Assembly: GCA_964248365.1 (NCBI GenBank)
Contig: CAXTYC010000001.1
Location: forward strand, 32,001-96,000
Length of the DNA: 64,000 nucleotides
Direction of reading: 5' to 3'
Source: an uncultured Chroococcidiopsis sp.
Lineage (GTDB): Bacteria > Cyanobacteriota > Cyanobacteriia > Cyanobacteriales > Chroococcidiopsidaceae
The translations under genes and the position numbers were made by a program. This document shows positions 51,972 through 61,504 of the stretch, in pieces (the first letter of the stretch is position 1; each line of letters starts with the position of its first letter). The notes under the pieces are model-generated. The model was given only the letters and a program-made list of their open reading frames with translations, ran no database searches and was not told the DNA's origin.

Positions 51972-52467
51972 CTATTTCCTCCAGCATTTTCTCGGTTAAG
52001 TTAAGAAAGGCTTGTTCCACACCTAAGCCTGATTTAGCACTGGTTTTAATTACCTGCCAATTTTTTTGAGAAATGTTTTCAAGGGTAGCATCGTCTATTT
52101 CCCATTCATCGCTTAAATCTGATTTATTAAGTATTAAAATAAACGGAATACCAATAGTACTTTCTACTCTTTGTTGAAGAGAAAATGCTTTATCTAAGGT
52201 GTAGCGTCTAGTTCCATCTACTACCAAGAGATAACCAGATGCTCCCCGCATATAAGACATTTGCACTCTTTGAAATTCGTCTTCTCCGTGAATATCCCAC
52301 AAAATCAGGTTTACTTCCACATCTTTTAGCTTGATTACTATCTTATCAATCTTCACCCCTACAGTTGAATGATAAACTTCAGAATAAATGCTTTTAACAA
52401 AACGTGATACTAAACTAGTTTTTCCCGTTGCAAAAGCACCCACCATGCATATTTTTTTTTGAATCAT
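51955..52467 (-). CDS. Small Ras/Rab-like GTPase
   Basis: G1 GAFATGKTS, G2 STVG, G3 WDIHG, G4 NKSD, G5 SAK. Confidence 0.93.
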   Translation of the reverse strand: MIQKKICMVGAFATGKTSLVSRFVKSIYSEVYHSTVGVKIDKIVIKLKDVEVNLILWDIHGEDEFQRVQMSYMRGASGYLLVVDGTRRYTLDKAFSLQQRVESTIGIPFILILNKSDLSDEWEIDDATLENISQKNWQVIKTSAKSGLGVEQAFLNLTEKMLEEIDALPP

Positions 52468-54425
52468 AACTCAGTAGATTTTCCCTTGGGCGCATCAGAT
52501 AAGAATACCTTAAAAGACACTCTACGGTTCAAGTCTTTATTCTTTTGCCCAAATTCTCTTGAACCTACCCCCACAGCAGTCAAATTAGATACTTTTAGTC
52601 CCTGCGAGGTTAAAGTAGATAAGATTGCATTTGCCCGCGCTTGGCTAAGGCGCAAATTATCTTCTTCTGAACCATCACTGTCAGCGTGTCCAATAATTTC
52701 AATTCGGATATTCTTATGAAAATATGGTGCAATATCGCTCAGTGTCCTAATTTGTTTTATTACTGCCTGTAGTTTATTATCCTCACTTGGTAAAAGTTGT
52801 GTACTGCCTTTGATAAAATAAAGTATTTGTTTTTCGAGTTGTTCTTTATTTGATTGAAGTGATTGAAGTTCTGTCTCAACTAAATTATGAGCCTGAATTT
52901 GATTAACACCAGGAAAATTGGTAGCTAGTTTTTTGGCTTGAGCAATCCATTGACGAGGAGCGGAGCCACTAGCATAAAGAATTCCGTTATTGTCAACTTT
53001 TAGTGCTACAGTTGCAGGCGGTTGCAGTAATCGTTTTACCCTTATAGTGGTAAATATAGGATCAATTGATATGTAAGATTCCCAACGGATAATAACTGCT
53101 TTGGGATTCAGCTTTGCTTCTTGTATCAGCTTAGTTGGCTCAGTCGCCAAAGGATCGCGCAGTCCAGAAATAAAATATTTTCCATTACGCTTCTCGGCAT
53201 TAACTACAACTATTCCAGGCTGGGAATTTAATTTTTCTAAAAAGTTTGCCCAACGCCATCTTTCTTGTATATGAAAAAAGCCCCAAATTCCCAAACAGCA
53301 GAATATACCACCTAGTAATATCCCTACAATAGGAGAAGGTTTGTCTTTTTTGGCTTGATACTGAACCTGAAGGCAATCTTCTAAATACGACCTACTTTTC
53401 TCAAAAGGCGTATCATCTCCTTGAAAAGAAATTAGAGCGCTACGAAACTGTTTATGAATTTTTTCAATAGTAGTTTGAAAAACTAACCTCAGCTCTTGCG
53501 GAGCATTCCCTCGGATTACACCTGCTAATATTGCCTGTGGACCTTGTTCAATCAAAATGGTAAGTTCTCCAAACTCTAAAGTGTCGAGGGCATCCTCTTG
53601 TGACACATTGAAAGAGTCTTGAACAAAAGTTTGAATAGCTGTCAACATAGCTGAAACTAAATCCGCATCTTGTGCAGCTACCGATTCGGCTACTACGTGT
53701 TGCAGAACTAAGCTAGTTTGTTTGTGAATCAAAAACACCTGTTCAACGCGGTAGACAAGAGTACGTAAAAGTACAACTTCAGCGAATGATTTCCCAGTTC
53801 GTTTAGCTTCTAGCCTCCATTTAAAACTTTGTGGAGATAAGCTATTGTCGAGAGTTTGATTGAGAGATTCGGTTAAGGTTTTGAGAGCTGTAGAAACAGC
53901 TTTTCTGATGGCTGGTCCCATTACTGGAAAAAGCGCATCAGAAAGAACATTCAGGTCTTGTTTAACCGAGTTGTGGATAGCTTGTTCAATCGTTGGAACC
54001 ACTGCTTTGGTGAGTTGTTCATCTTGCATCGTTCGCAGGATAATCGCCTCTGGTAGCACATTGCTAACATCCTCTGCAAGTACCTTGGGATTATCTAGTC
54101 GCGCTTGCAAATCCGCACCGAACAGCAAATTTCGTAGTTCAGAGAGTCCCTCCTCTTCTGAAGTAGAAGGATTGTGGGAAGAAGGCTGAGGTTTTGGCGG
54201 TGGTTCTACCCCAGACTGATGACCAAATAGTAGGTTTCTAAGTTCAGCCAGCGCCTCTTCTTCTTGTGCTGGAGAATAATTGGATGGCACTTTGTTAGAA
54301 TTTTGAGTATAAAAGTTAACTCCTTGCTGAATCGTTTCCTCATGGCTAAAGCTTCCGTTTTGTACCTTTAATTCGGAATTGGATTCGGAGAATTCCAAAT
54401 TGTTTTTATCTCTTTCATTGCTCAT
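52464..54425 (-). CDS. Membrane protein: cytoplasmic helical and longin/roadblock-like region, TM helix, periplasmic BON-like region and OmpA_C domain
   Basis: GHADSDGSEEDNLRLSQARA...NRRV (OmpA); TM IVGILLGGIFCCLGIWGF. Confidence 0.88.
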   Translation of the reverse strand: MSNERDKNNLEFSESNSELKVQNGSFSHEETIQQGVNFYTQNSNKVPSNYSPAQEEEALAELRNLLFGHQSGVEPPPKPQPSSHNPSTSEEEGLSELRNLLFGADLQARLDNPKVLAEDVSNVLPEAIILRTMQDEQLTKAVVPTIEQAIHNSVKQDLNVLSDALFPVMGPAIRKAVSTALKTLTESLNQTLDNSLSPQSFKWRLEAKRTGKSFAEVVLLRTLVYRVEQVFLIHKQTSLVLQHVVAESVAAQDADLVSAMLTAIQTFVQDSFNVSQEDALDTLEFGELTILIEQGPQAILAGVIRGNAPQELRLVFQTTIEKIHKQFRSALISFQGDDTPFEKSRSYLEDCLQVQYQAKKDKPSPIVGILLGGIFCCLGIWGFFHIQERWRWANFLEKLNSQPGIVVVNAEKRNGKYFISGLRDPLATEPTKLIQEAKLNPKAVIIRWESYISIDPIFTTIRVKRLLQPPATVALKVDNNGILYASGSAPRQWIAQAKKLATNFPGVNQIQAHNLVETELQSLQSNKEQLEKQILYFIKGSTQLLPSEDNKLQAVIKQIRTLSDIAPYFHKNIRIEIIGHADSDGSEEDNLRLSQARANAILSTLTSQGLKVSNLTAVGVGSREFGQKNKDLNRRVSFKVFLSDAPKGKSTEL

Positions 54426-55023
54426 TTCTCAGTCTTATAGCAATTTCTGCAAACAAAGCCGATAGAGTGGATCGATTAGCTTTGTCTTTATGCAACTCTT
54501 GCGTTTGTCTTTCTATTACAGCCAACATTTCGGTAAATTTTTCTCTAATTTCATCGTCCAAGTTTTTGGATTGCTCTAAAATCTGTTGGCGTAAGTCACT
54601 AGCAGTTTTACTACCTTTCTCATCAAGCTGGGAAAGTTTTTCATTTATGGAAGTAGTTTGATTTCTTTGTTCTAGTTCAAGTTGTTTTAAAGCTTCATCT
54701 TGGGCAGTCTGTTGTTTTTTAACGGTTCGTGCCAAAGACTCAATTTCTTGTTTTATATACGTTTCTATAGAATCTAACCGCTTTCTTGTATCATTTCTAA
54801 GTGTGGCGCATTCATTGCTCAGCCGTTCTTCTAGGCGATTAAATCTTTTTTCATATTCCTGCATTTGGGAACCAAAAAGAATATCTCTAACTTTGTCTAA
54901 ATTCCCACTACTTCCAATATCGCTGCCTGAAAGTTGAGGTCTATTCATATTTATTCCTTGACTTAAATTTTCTGTTATCGGTTCTACAGTAATGTAAGTT
55001 ACATTTTCCTCTGGTGTGTTCAT
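54415..55023 (-). CDS. Coiled-coil hypothetical protein, first gene of the GTPase operon
   Basis: NLDKVRDILFGSQMQEYEKRF followed by heptad-rich helix; 11-nt overlap with the next gene; start uncertain. Confidence 0.82.
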   Translation of the reverse strand: MNTPEENVTYITVEPITENLSQGINMNRPQLSGSDIGSSGNLDKVRDILFGSQMQEYEKRFNRLEERLSNECATLRNDTRKRLDSIETYIKQEIESLARTVKKQQTAQDEALKQLELEQRNQTTSINEKLSQLDEKGSKTASDLRQQILEQSKNLDDEIREKFTEMLAVIERQTQELHKDKANRSTLSALFAEIAIRLRNEQ

Positions 55024-55673
55024 GATTTTGATCCTTTTGTGCAATTGAATTTTAACAGTTTACTTTTTCAATAACATATTATGCGCTCTGTCACTCAAAT
55101 ATATTTATTTAATTTGTATATGAGGATTGCATAATTTTTATCCTTGCTTTACTAAAGTGAGTCCTAGCAGCGGACACCAGGGGCTAAAATTGCTCAAAAT
55201 CCATAAGCATATATGATAATTGCGATTGCAGTAAATCAAAGCCGACTCAAGACTAAAGATATTTTCTCAACTTGTAAAATACCATAGTTTAAAATACGGT
55301 TATCTGGATTTTTTATAAAATTATTATATTTATAAATATACATGGTTATTTTGATTTATCTCAAGAATCTGTTGGCTAAAAATTAAGGTTTTAGTTGTGA
55401 CATTATCATATTCGGATTTTACTTATTTTAACTAGTATAATTTATGACTTATTTTTTGCAGTTGCCTGCACTGAAAACTAGCAAATGGTGCGTTACGGCA
55501 AAGCAAGAGCGCACCTTACGCATTTTAAATCAAAATAATTTTTACTATCAGATGCAATGTAAATTATCAAAATCTCAAAGTATTATTTGTTGCTCTATAA
55601 TCGAAAAAATAAATGTAAATTTTGATATACTGTAACGATTGAAACAGTTGTAGTACTTAAAATGGGTTGAATT

Positions 55674-55735
55674 GGTTAAGTGGTAACTGGTAGTTGGTAG
55701 TTGGTAACTGGTAACTGGTAACTGGTAACTGGTAA
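55674..55735. repeat. STRR heptamer array (TGGTAAC/TGGTAGT)n
   Basis: Direct inspection. Confidence 0.8.
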
Positions 55736-55821
55736 GCTTATGTCAGCAAATCCAAAATAGAATAAGGTAAAGTAATAGATTAGATAGATTGAATTAATTT
55801 TTTATATAAACATCAGGAGGT

Positions 55822-56229
55822 ATGAGTTTGTTTGCCGGAAAAAGACCATCAAATTTGGGTGTACAAGATGGTAAATTAGCACCATGCCCCAATACCCCAA
55901 ACTGTGTTTCTAGCCAAAGCACAGACACAGTACATAAAATTGAGCCTTTGACTTACAAATCTACTAGCGCGGAGGCTTTTGCTAAACTCAAGCAAGCGAT
56001 CGCAAGCCAGCCAAGAACTAAAATTATTACCGAATCTCCAAACTATCTCTATGCAGAATTCACTAGCGCCATTATGGGGTTTGTGGATGATGTAGAGTTT
56101 TATCTCGATGAAGGCGCAAAAGTGTTTCATGTTCGTTCAGCCTCTAGATTAGGACAATCTGATTTAGGAGTAAATCGCAAAAGGATAGAGACTATTCGCG
56201 CAAAACTCCAAGAGTTGGAACAAGCTTAG
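55822..56229 (+). CDS. DUF1499-family protein
   Basis: AGGAGG RBS; LAPCPNTPNCVSSQ, GFVDDVEF, RSASRLGQSDLGVNRKR. Confidence 0.9.
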   Translation: MSLFAGKRPSNLGVQDGKLAPCPNTPNCVSSQSTDTVHKIEPLTYKSTSAEAFAKLKQAIASQPRTKIITESPNYLYAEFTSAIMGFVDDVEFYLDEGAKVFHVRSASRLGQSDLGVNRKRIETIRAKLQELEQA

Positions 56230-56354
56230 AGTAAATGATGCTGGATTTGGATAATTTTAATTTCTGGCGTTGCACAATGTCGTAATGATTATGTCTCGCA
56301 AAGACGCAAAGACGCTAAGGCTTCTCGTAGAGTAGGCGCAAAGATAATAAGATG

Positions 56355-56595
56355 AAAAAAAATCCCCTCAAGCTACAGCAGGAGGGGGTTGAATCTTTGC
56401 ATGAGGAAGCAGACGGTTTACCTACTTATTAAGAAGCATAAGTTACAAACATGACAACAAAGTGACGAGATCCGATGATGATAAAACCCGCATAAAGCAA
56501 TTGCTTTACGCGGGTTTTGGTTTAGATATAGAGTTTCAGTATAGTGTTGGAGATATTCGGCTTTGCTTCGAGTAAACACTTTATTTGTTTACCCT
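56355..56595 (-). ncRNA. Candidate ~240-nt small RNA
   Basis: TAATAT -10-like box, 5' hairpin, central hairpin, U-tailed terminator; no substantial ORF on this strand. Confidence 0.5.
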
Positions 56596-56792
56596 GTTTA
56601 TATTAAAGACCAAAAAAATCTTTTGATCATCAAGAAACCGTGAAGAAATAGGGGTTAAACGGTAAAGAAACGATGTTGTTTACGCCAACGGTATGGGTGA
56701 GTTTACGTAGGTTTGTACTGACAAGGGTAGTTTTGCTAATAATCAGTTAAACTTTGATCGCAGTGATAATAAGCTTTTGCGTAAGAACACCA

Positions 56793-58493
56793 ATGCTTAG
56801 AAGCTTGAAAAATCACACCATCACAGCGGTTGTGTTTTTGGTATCCTGGTTGCTGATTCTGCTGTTAGTGCAAGCAACCAGACAGCCCATGATGCAATCT
56901 CAGCCTCAACTACTAAGCGATCCATTTTTACAATTACCAACCGCTAACTCGGTGCGAGTTGTTTGGTTTACCGAGTTTGCTGGTAGAGATCATAAAGTTG
57001 TCTATGGTGAAAATCTACAGCAAACCACCCTCGCCACTACTACCAAACTTAGCCGCACAAGGGAAGATAGAGATTCTCGCGTAGGTGAAAGCCAAAAGGA
57101 GCAATACAAAGTACCAACAATGCGTGATATTTGGCGACACGAAGCCCAAGTAACTCGGTTAAATCCTAACGCCCGTGTGCCTTATCGTGTAACGAGTGTC
57201 AGAGAAGATGGCTTGAGTGTAAGCAGTGGTGAATTCACTCTAGCCCCTAATCCTACACCAGGTACATCAATAAAGATTCTTTTAACTTCAGATCATCAAC
57301 TCATGCCGATGGTTGCTGCTAATCTCCAAATGGTGGTTGAAACTGTGGGTAGAGTGGATGCGGTGTTTATGGCTGGTGATTTAGTCAATATTGCCGATCG
57401 CGCGTCAGAGTGGTTTGATGATAATCGGGGTGGTGCTTTTTTTCCCTGTCTCCAAGGTAGAGCAAACTATGAATTAGCAAAGACTTTATATAAGGGAGGG
57501 GAAATTATTCAACACGCTCCTTTATTTCCTGCTATCGGCAATCATGAAGTAATGGGGCTTTTTGGTAAGGGTAGTTTAAGTGACCAGTTCAATAATGCTT
57601 TTCCCCGTACAATTGGGCATCACAAGGACAATTCTTTTAATACCAATACCTACGAAGAGATTTTCACTCTACCCGAAAGTAGTTCAGGGGGGAAGACTTA
57701 CTACGCCACTACTTTCGGTGATGTGCGCTTGGTGGTATTATATGCAACTAATATGTGGCGATCGCCTAAGATTTCCCCTGAGATTCGAGGAAAGTATCAG
57801 GAACGACAGCAAGATTTGAATAATCCTGATACTTGGGGATATGGACAAATTATATTTGGGGCGATTTCTATTGGTACTCCTCAGTACAACTGGCTAGCGC
57901 AAGAACTCCAAAGCTCTGAATTTCGCCGAGCAAAGTACAAAATCGTCATGTTGCATCATCCGCCCCATTCTCTGGGTGACAACATTGTACCTGCATATAC
58001 TGATCCTGTGCAAATCATTGACCGCAAGGATAACACCATCCAGGCGGTACGTTACGAGTATCCAAAAGATGCAGATTATATTATTCGTGATGTTGTGCCA
58101 CTGTTAGAAGCAGCTGGGGTGCAACTAGTATTGTATGGGCATTCCCATTTGTGGAATCGCTTTGTTAGCCCCACCCGAATGCACTTTCTAGAAACGTCCA
58201 ATGTAGGCAACTCTTACGGTGCGGCGACGATGGGTGGTAAAAAGCGAGAGGTTCCGAATGGTAACGACAAGGACTATGTGGCAATAGGCGATCCGAATGG
58301 ACTTGAACCGATAGTTCCGAGTATTATACCACTACAAGGAGAAGATGGCAAGCCACTAGGGTATATTGCCAGTAATGATATCACTGTTTTCAGCATCTTT
58401 GATACATCAAAAGGAACAGTGAGTAGCTATCGCTTTGATACTAGGGAACCAGGATCAAAAGTGGTGAAGTTTGATGAATTTAAGCTGAAATAA
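56793..58493 (+). CDS. Purple acid phosphatase-like metallophosphoesterase
   Basis: TSDHQ, AGDLV, IGNHE, HHPP, GHSH; N-terminal signal/TM; start uncertain. Confidence 0.88.
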   Translation: MLRSLKNHTITAVVFLVSWLLILLLVQATRQPMMQSQPQLLSDPFLQLPTANSVRVVWFTEFAGRDHKVVYGENLQQTTLATTTKLSRTREDRDSRVGESQKEQYKVPTMRDIWRHEAQVTRLNPNARVPYRVTSVREDGLSVSSGEFTLAPNPTPGTSIKILLTSDHQLMPMVAANLQMVVETVGRVDAVFMAGDLVNIADRASEWFDDNRGGAFFPCLQGRANYELAKTLYKGGEIIQHAPLFPAIGNHEVMGLFGKGSLSDQFNNAFPRTIGHHKDNSFNTNTYEEIFTLPESSSGGKTYYATTFGDVRLVVLYATNMWRSPKISPEIRGKYQERQQDLNNPDTWGYGQIIFGAISIGTPQYNWLAQELQSSEFRRAKYKIVMLHHPPHSLGDNIVPAYTDPVQIIDRKDNTIQAVRYEYPKDADYIIRDVVPLLEAAGVQLVLYGHSHLWNRFVSPTRMHFLETSNVGNSYGAATMGGKKREVPNGNDKDYVAIGDPNGLEPIVPSIIPLQGEDGKPLGYIASNDITVFSIFDTSKGTVSSYRFDTREPGSKVVKFDEFKLK

Positions 58494-58504
58494 AAGATAT
58501 GGAG

Positions 58505-59437
58505 TTAGTCTGGATCTATGCCAAGCGATCGCAGCCTTTGGGCTAGCCGTTCTGCTCGTTGTTGTGCTAATTCCTTCTCTTGTCGTTCTTGTAGTGCTGC
58601 TTCCTCTGGTGTGGGAACTTTATCGCCCTGTGGGGTAAAATAGCGCAACTGTTCTTGTTCTACACCCAAATATAAGCCTAGTTCTTCGCTCCAGCGCCAG
58701 CCTTGGGGATTTGGGGTTATCTCTTGATAACGTCCCATCAGCCTCCATCCTTCAAACTCCAAAGTATCTGGAGAAAACCAGAAATACTCTGGTGTGCGAA
58801 AGCGTTCTTGATATAAGTCTTTTTTCCTTGTGCGGTCAGTTGTAGCCGTAGAGAGCGCAACTGTTCTTGTTCTACACCCAAATATAAGCCTAGTTCTTCG
58901 CTCCAGCGCCAGCCTTGGGGATTTGGGGTTATCTCTTGATAACGTCCCATCAGCCTCCATCCTTCAAACTCCAAAGTATCTGGAGAAAACCAGAAATACT
59001 CTGGTGTGCGAAAGCGTTCTTGATATAAGTCTTTTTTCCTTGTGCGGTCAGTTGTAGCCGTAGAGGTGGATAATAACTCAACGTTCCGCGCCAGGAGGCT
59101 GGCGCGGCTGCGTTGAGCAAGCTCAATAATCAAATTTGGGTACTTGCCATCTTCTTCCCACACAACCCAAGCATTGCGATCGCGCTTTTGTGTCTGCTTG
59201 ACTAGGGAAAAAATCGGGACCACGAAAGTCTCGATTTCGCAGTTGTTGGCGACTGAAATATATAGTTAGGTTAGCGCCGATAAAGAAGTCGTTGCGATCG
59301 CGCCATAGCCATTCTAGACAGCTAACGAGCAGCAGCAATTGCATATAGTGTAAAGAACTTTCCATTTCTGGCTCGTCGCTATACAGTTGAGTGGCATCAG
59401 GCATCATTGATTCTAGTTGCCCCGCTGTTAAAACCAT
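58505..59437 (-). pseudogene. Uma2-family (DUF820) endonuclease pseudogene
   Basis: SDEPEMESSLH, DFRGPDFF, EYFWF; +1 frameshift near 59205, 45-nt insertion 59077-59121, 212-bp tandem duplication. Confidence 0.88.
58642..59065. repeat. 212-bp tandem duplication
   Basis: 58642-58853 repeated at 58854-59065. Confidence 0.9.
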
Positions 59438-59690
59438 ATTCGCCTAGTGTCTGCTGGATTTTGTTTTTATTATGGCTGCTACGGGGCGATCGCGTTATCA
59501 TGCTTTCTCGCTTTTACACCTCGAAAGAGGTAGAACCTCTGCGAGAAAAAACTCGAACGCGAAGGGTAGTTTGTCGCTGGGAGTTGATAATAGAAGAGAG
59601 TAGGGGCGGATTGAATCGATATATTTGTTGGTAGCACAGATATTAGAAAAACTCGCTTTTACGTCTATCACAATTCTTAAATATATAGAT

Positions 59691-61199
59691 ATGGCAAGAG
59701 ATTTGCGGGGATTCCTAAAACTGCTAGAAGAAAGAGGACAATTGCGGCGAATTAGCGCTTTAGTTGATCCAGATTTAGAAATTGCAGAGATTTCTAACCG
59801 GATGCTGCAACGCGGTGGACCTGGGTTGCTATTTGAAAACGTTAAAGGATCTCCTTATCCGGTAGCGGTGAATCTGATGGGAACGGTGGAAAGGATTTGC
59901 TGGGCGATGAATATGCAAACACCCCAGGAATTAGAAGGGCTGGGGAAAAAGCTAAGTATGTTGCAGCAGCCGAAGCCACCTAAGAAAATTTCCCAAGCTG
60001 TTGAGTTTGGTAAGGTTCTGTTTGATGTGTTGAAAGCGAAGCCAGGGCGAGATTTTTTTCCGGCTTGTCAACAAGTGGTAATTCAGGGTGATGAACTCGA
60101 TTTGAATACTCTACCGTTGATTCGTCCTTATTCGGGTGATGCGGCGAAAATTATCACGTTGGGGTTGGTGATTACCAAGGATTGTGAAACGGGTACGCCG
60201 AATGTGGGAGTATATAGATTACAGTTGCAATCACCCAATACGATGACTGTGCATTGGTTGTCGGTGCGGGGTGGGGCTAGACATTTACGCAAGGCGGCGG
60301 AAAGAGGAAAGAAATTAGAAGTTGCGATCGCTCTGGGTGTCGATCCTTTAATTATCATGGCAGCTGCTACACCCATTCCAGTAGATTTATCAGAATGGCT
60401 GTTTGCTGGGCTTTACGGCGGTTCTGGGGTGCAATTGGCTAAGTGTAAAACGGTAGATTTAGAAGTTCCGGCAGATTCTGAGTTTGTGCTGGAGGGAACG
60501 ATTACGCCTGGGGAAATGATGCCAGATGGTCCTTTTGGCGATCACATGGGTTATTACGGTGGCGTAGAGGATTCGCCCCTAATTCGCTTCCACTGCATGA
60601 CGCATCGAAAAGATCCGATTTATCTAACTACATTTAGCGGTCGTCCACCCAAGGAAGAAGCAATGATGGCGATCGCGCTTAACCGCATCTATACACCTAT
60701 TCTACGGCAACAGGTGACAGAAATTGTCGATTTCTTCCTGCCGATGGAAGCTTTAAGTTACAAAGCGGCAATTATATCTATTGATAAAGCTTACCCTGGT
60801 CAAGCTCGTCGTGCTGCTTTAGCTTTCTGGAGTGCTTTACCTCAGTTTACTTACACCAAGTTTGTGATTGTAGTAGATAAAGATATCAATATCCGCGACC
60901 CGCGAATGGTGGTATGGGCTATTAGTTCTAAGGTTGATCCGACACGGGATGTGTTCATTTTGCCCAATACTCCTTTTGATACCCTAGATTTTGCTAGCGA
61001 GAAAATCGGTTTGGGTGGCAGGATGGGAATTGATGCAACTACAAAGATTCCACCGGAAACAAATCATGAATGGGGTGCTGCGTTGGAATCAGATCCCGAT
61101 GTGGCGGCGATGGTAGAGAGGCGTTGGGTTGAGTATGGTTTGGCAGATTTGCAGCTAGGGGAGGTTGATCCAAATTTGTTTGGGTATGACGTGAGGTAG
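59691..61199 (+). CDS. ubiD: UbiD-family prFMN-dependent decarboxylase
   Basis: MARDLRGF start, NVGVYR, PDGPFGDHMGYY, GRPPKEE, MGIDAT. Confidence 0.92.
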   Translation: MARDLRGFLKLLEERGQLRRISALVDPDLEIAEISNRMLQRGGPGLLFENVKGSPYPVAVNLMGTVERICWAMNMQTPQELEGLGKKLSMLQQPKPPKKISQAVEFGKVLFDVLKAKPGRDFFPACQQVVIQGDELDLNTLPLIRPYSGDAAKIITLGLVITKDCETGTPNVGVYRLQLQSPNTMTVHWLSVRGGARHLRKAAERGKKLEVAIALGVDPLIIMAAATPIPVDLSEWLFAGLYGGSGVQLAKCKTVDLEVPADSEFVLEGTITPGEMMPDGPFGDHMGYYGGVEDSPLIRFHCMTHRKDPIYLTTFSGRPPKEEAMMAIALNRIYTPILRQQVTEIVDFFLPMEALSYKAAIISIDKAYPGQARRAALAFWSALPQFTYTKFVIVVDKDINIRDPRMVVWAISSKVDPTRDVFILPNTPFDTLDFASEKIGLGGRMGIDATTKIPPETNHEWGAALESDPDVAAMVERRWVEYGLADLQLGEVDPNLFGYDVR

Positions 61200-61267
61200 G
61201 GGAACGAACCGCATAGCCTGGGGTTTAAACCCCAGGGAAGCAAAGGACGCTGGGAGGGAAGGTTGAG

Positions 61268-61504
61268 ATGAAGTACCTTGATATAGCAGATGCTCAAAAG
61301 GATTTGTTGATGTTGTTGGATGAGATTGCTGTTAGTCGTGAGGAGGTGATGATTACTCGTGACGGTATAGGAGTTGCCAAGATCTTACCTTGTGAAAAAA
61401 CAAAGCCAGAAGTTAGTAAGTATTCATTGCGAGGTTTACCAATTCACATTGCTGATGATTTTGATGAACCTTTAACCGAGTTGTGGGATGCTATGAATGA
61501 ATGA
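61268..61504 (+). CDS. Phd/YefM-family antitoxin
   Basis: EEVMITRDG..VAKI; DDFDEPL; ATGA overlap with the PIN gene. Confidence 0.85.
   Translation: MKYLDIADAQKDLLMLLDEIAVSREEVMITRDGIGVAKILPCEKTKPEVSKYSLRGLPIHIADDFDEPLTELWDAMNE

Noticed and set aside
56355..56595. Identification of the sRNA candidate as PsrR1, Yfr1 or NsiR4
   Set aside because: I could not match their conserved motifs with confidence; left unnamed
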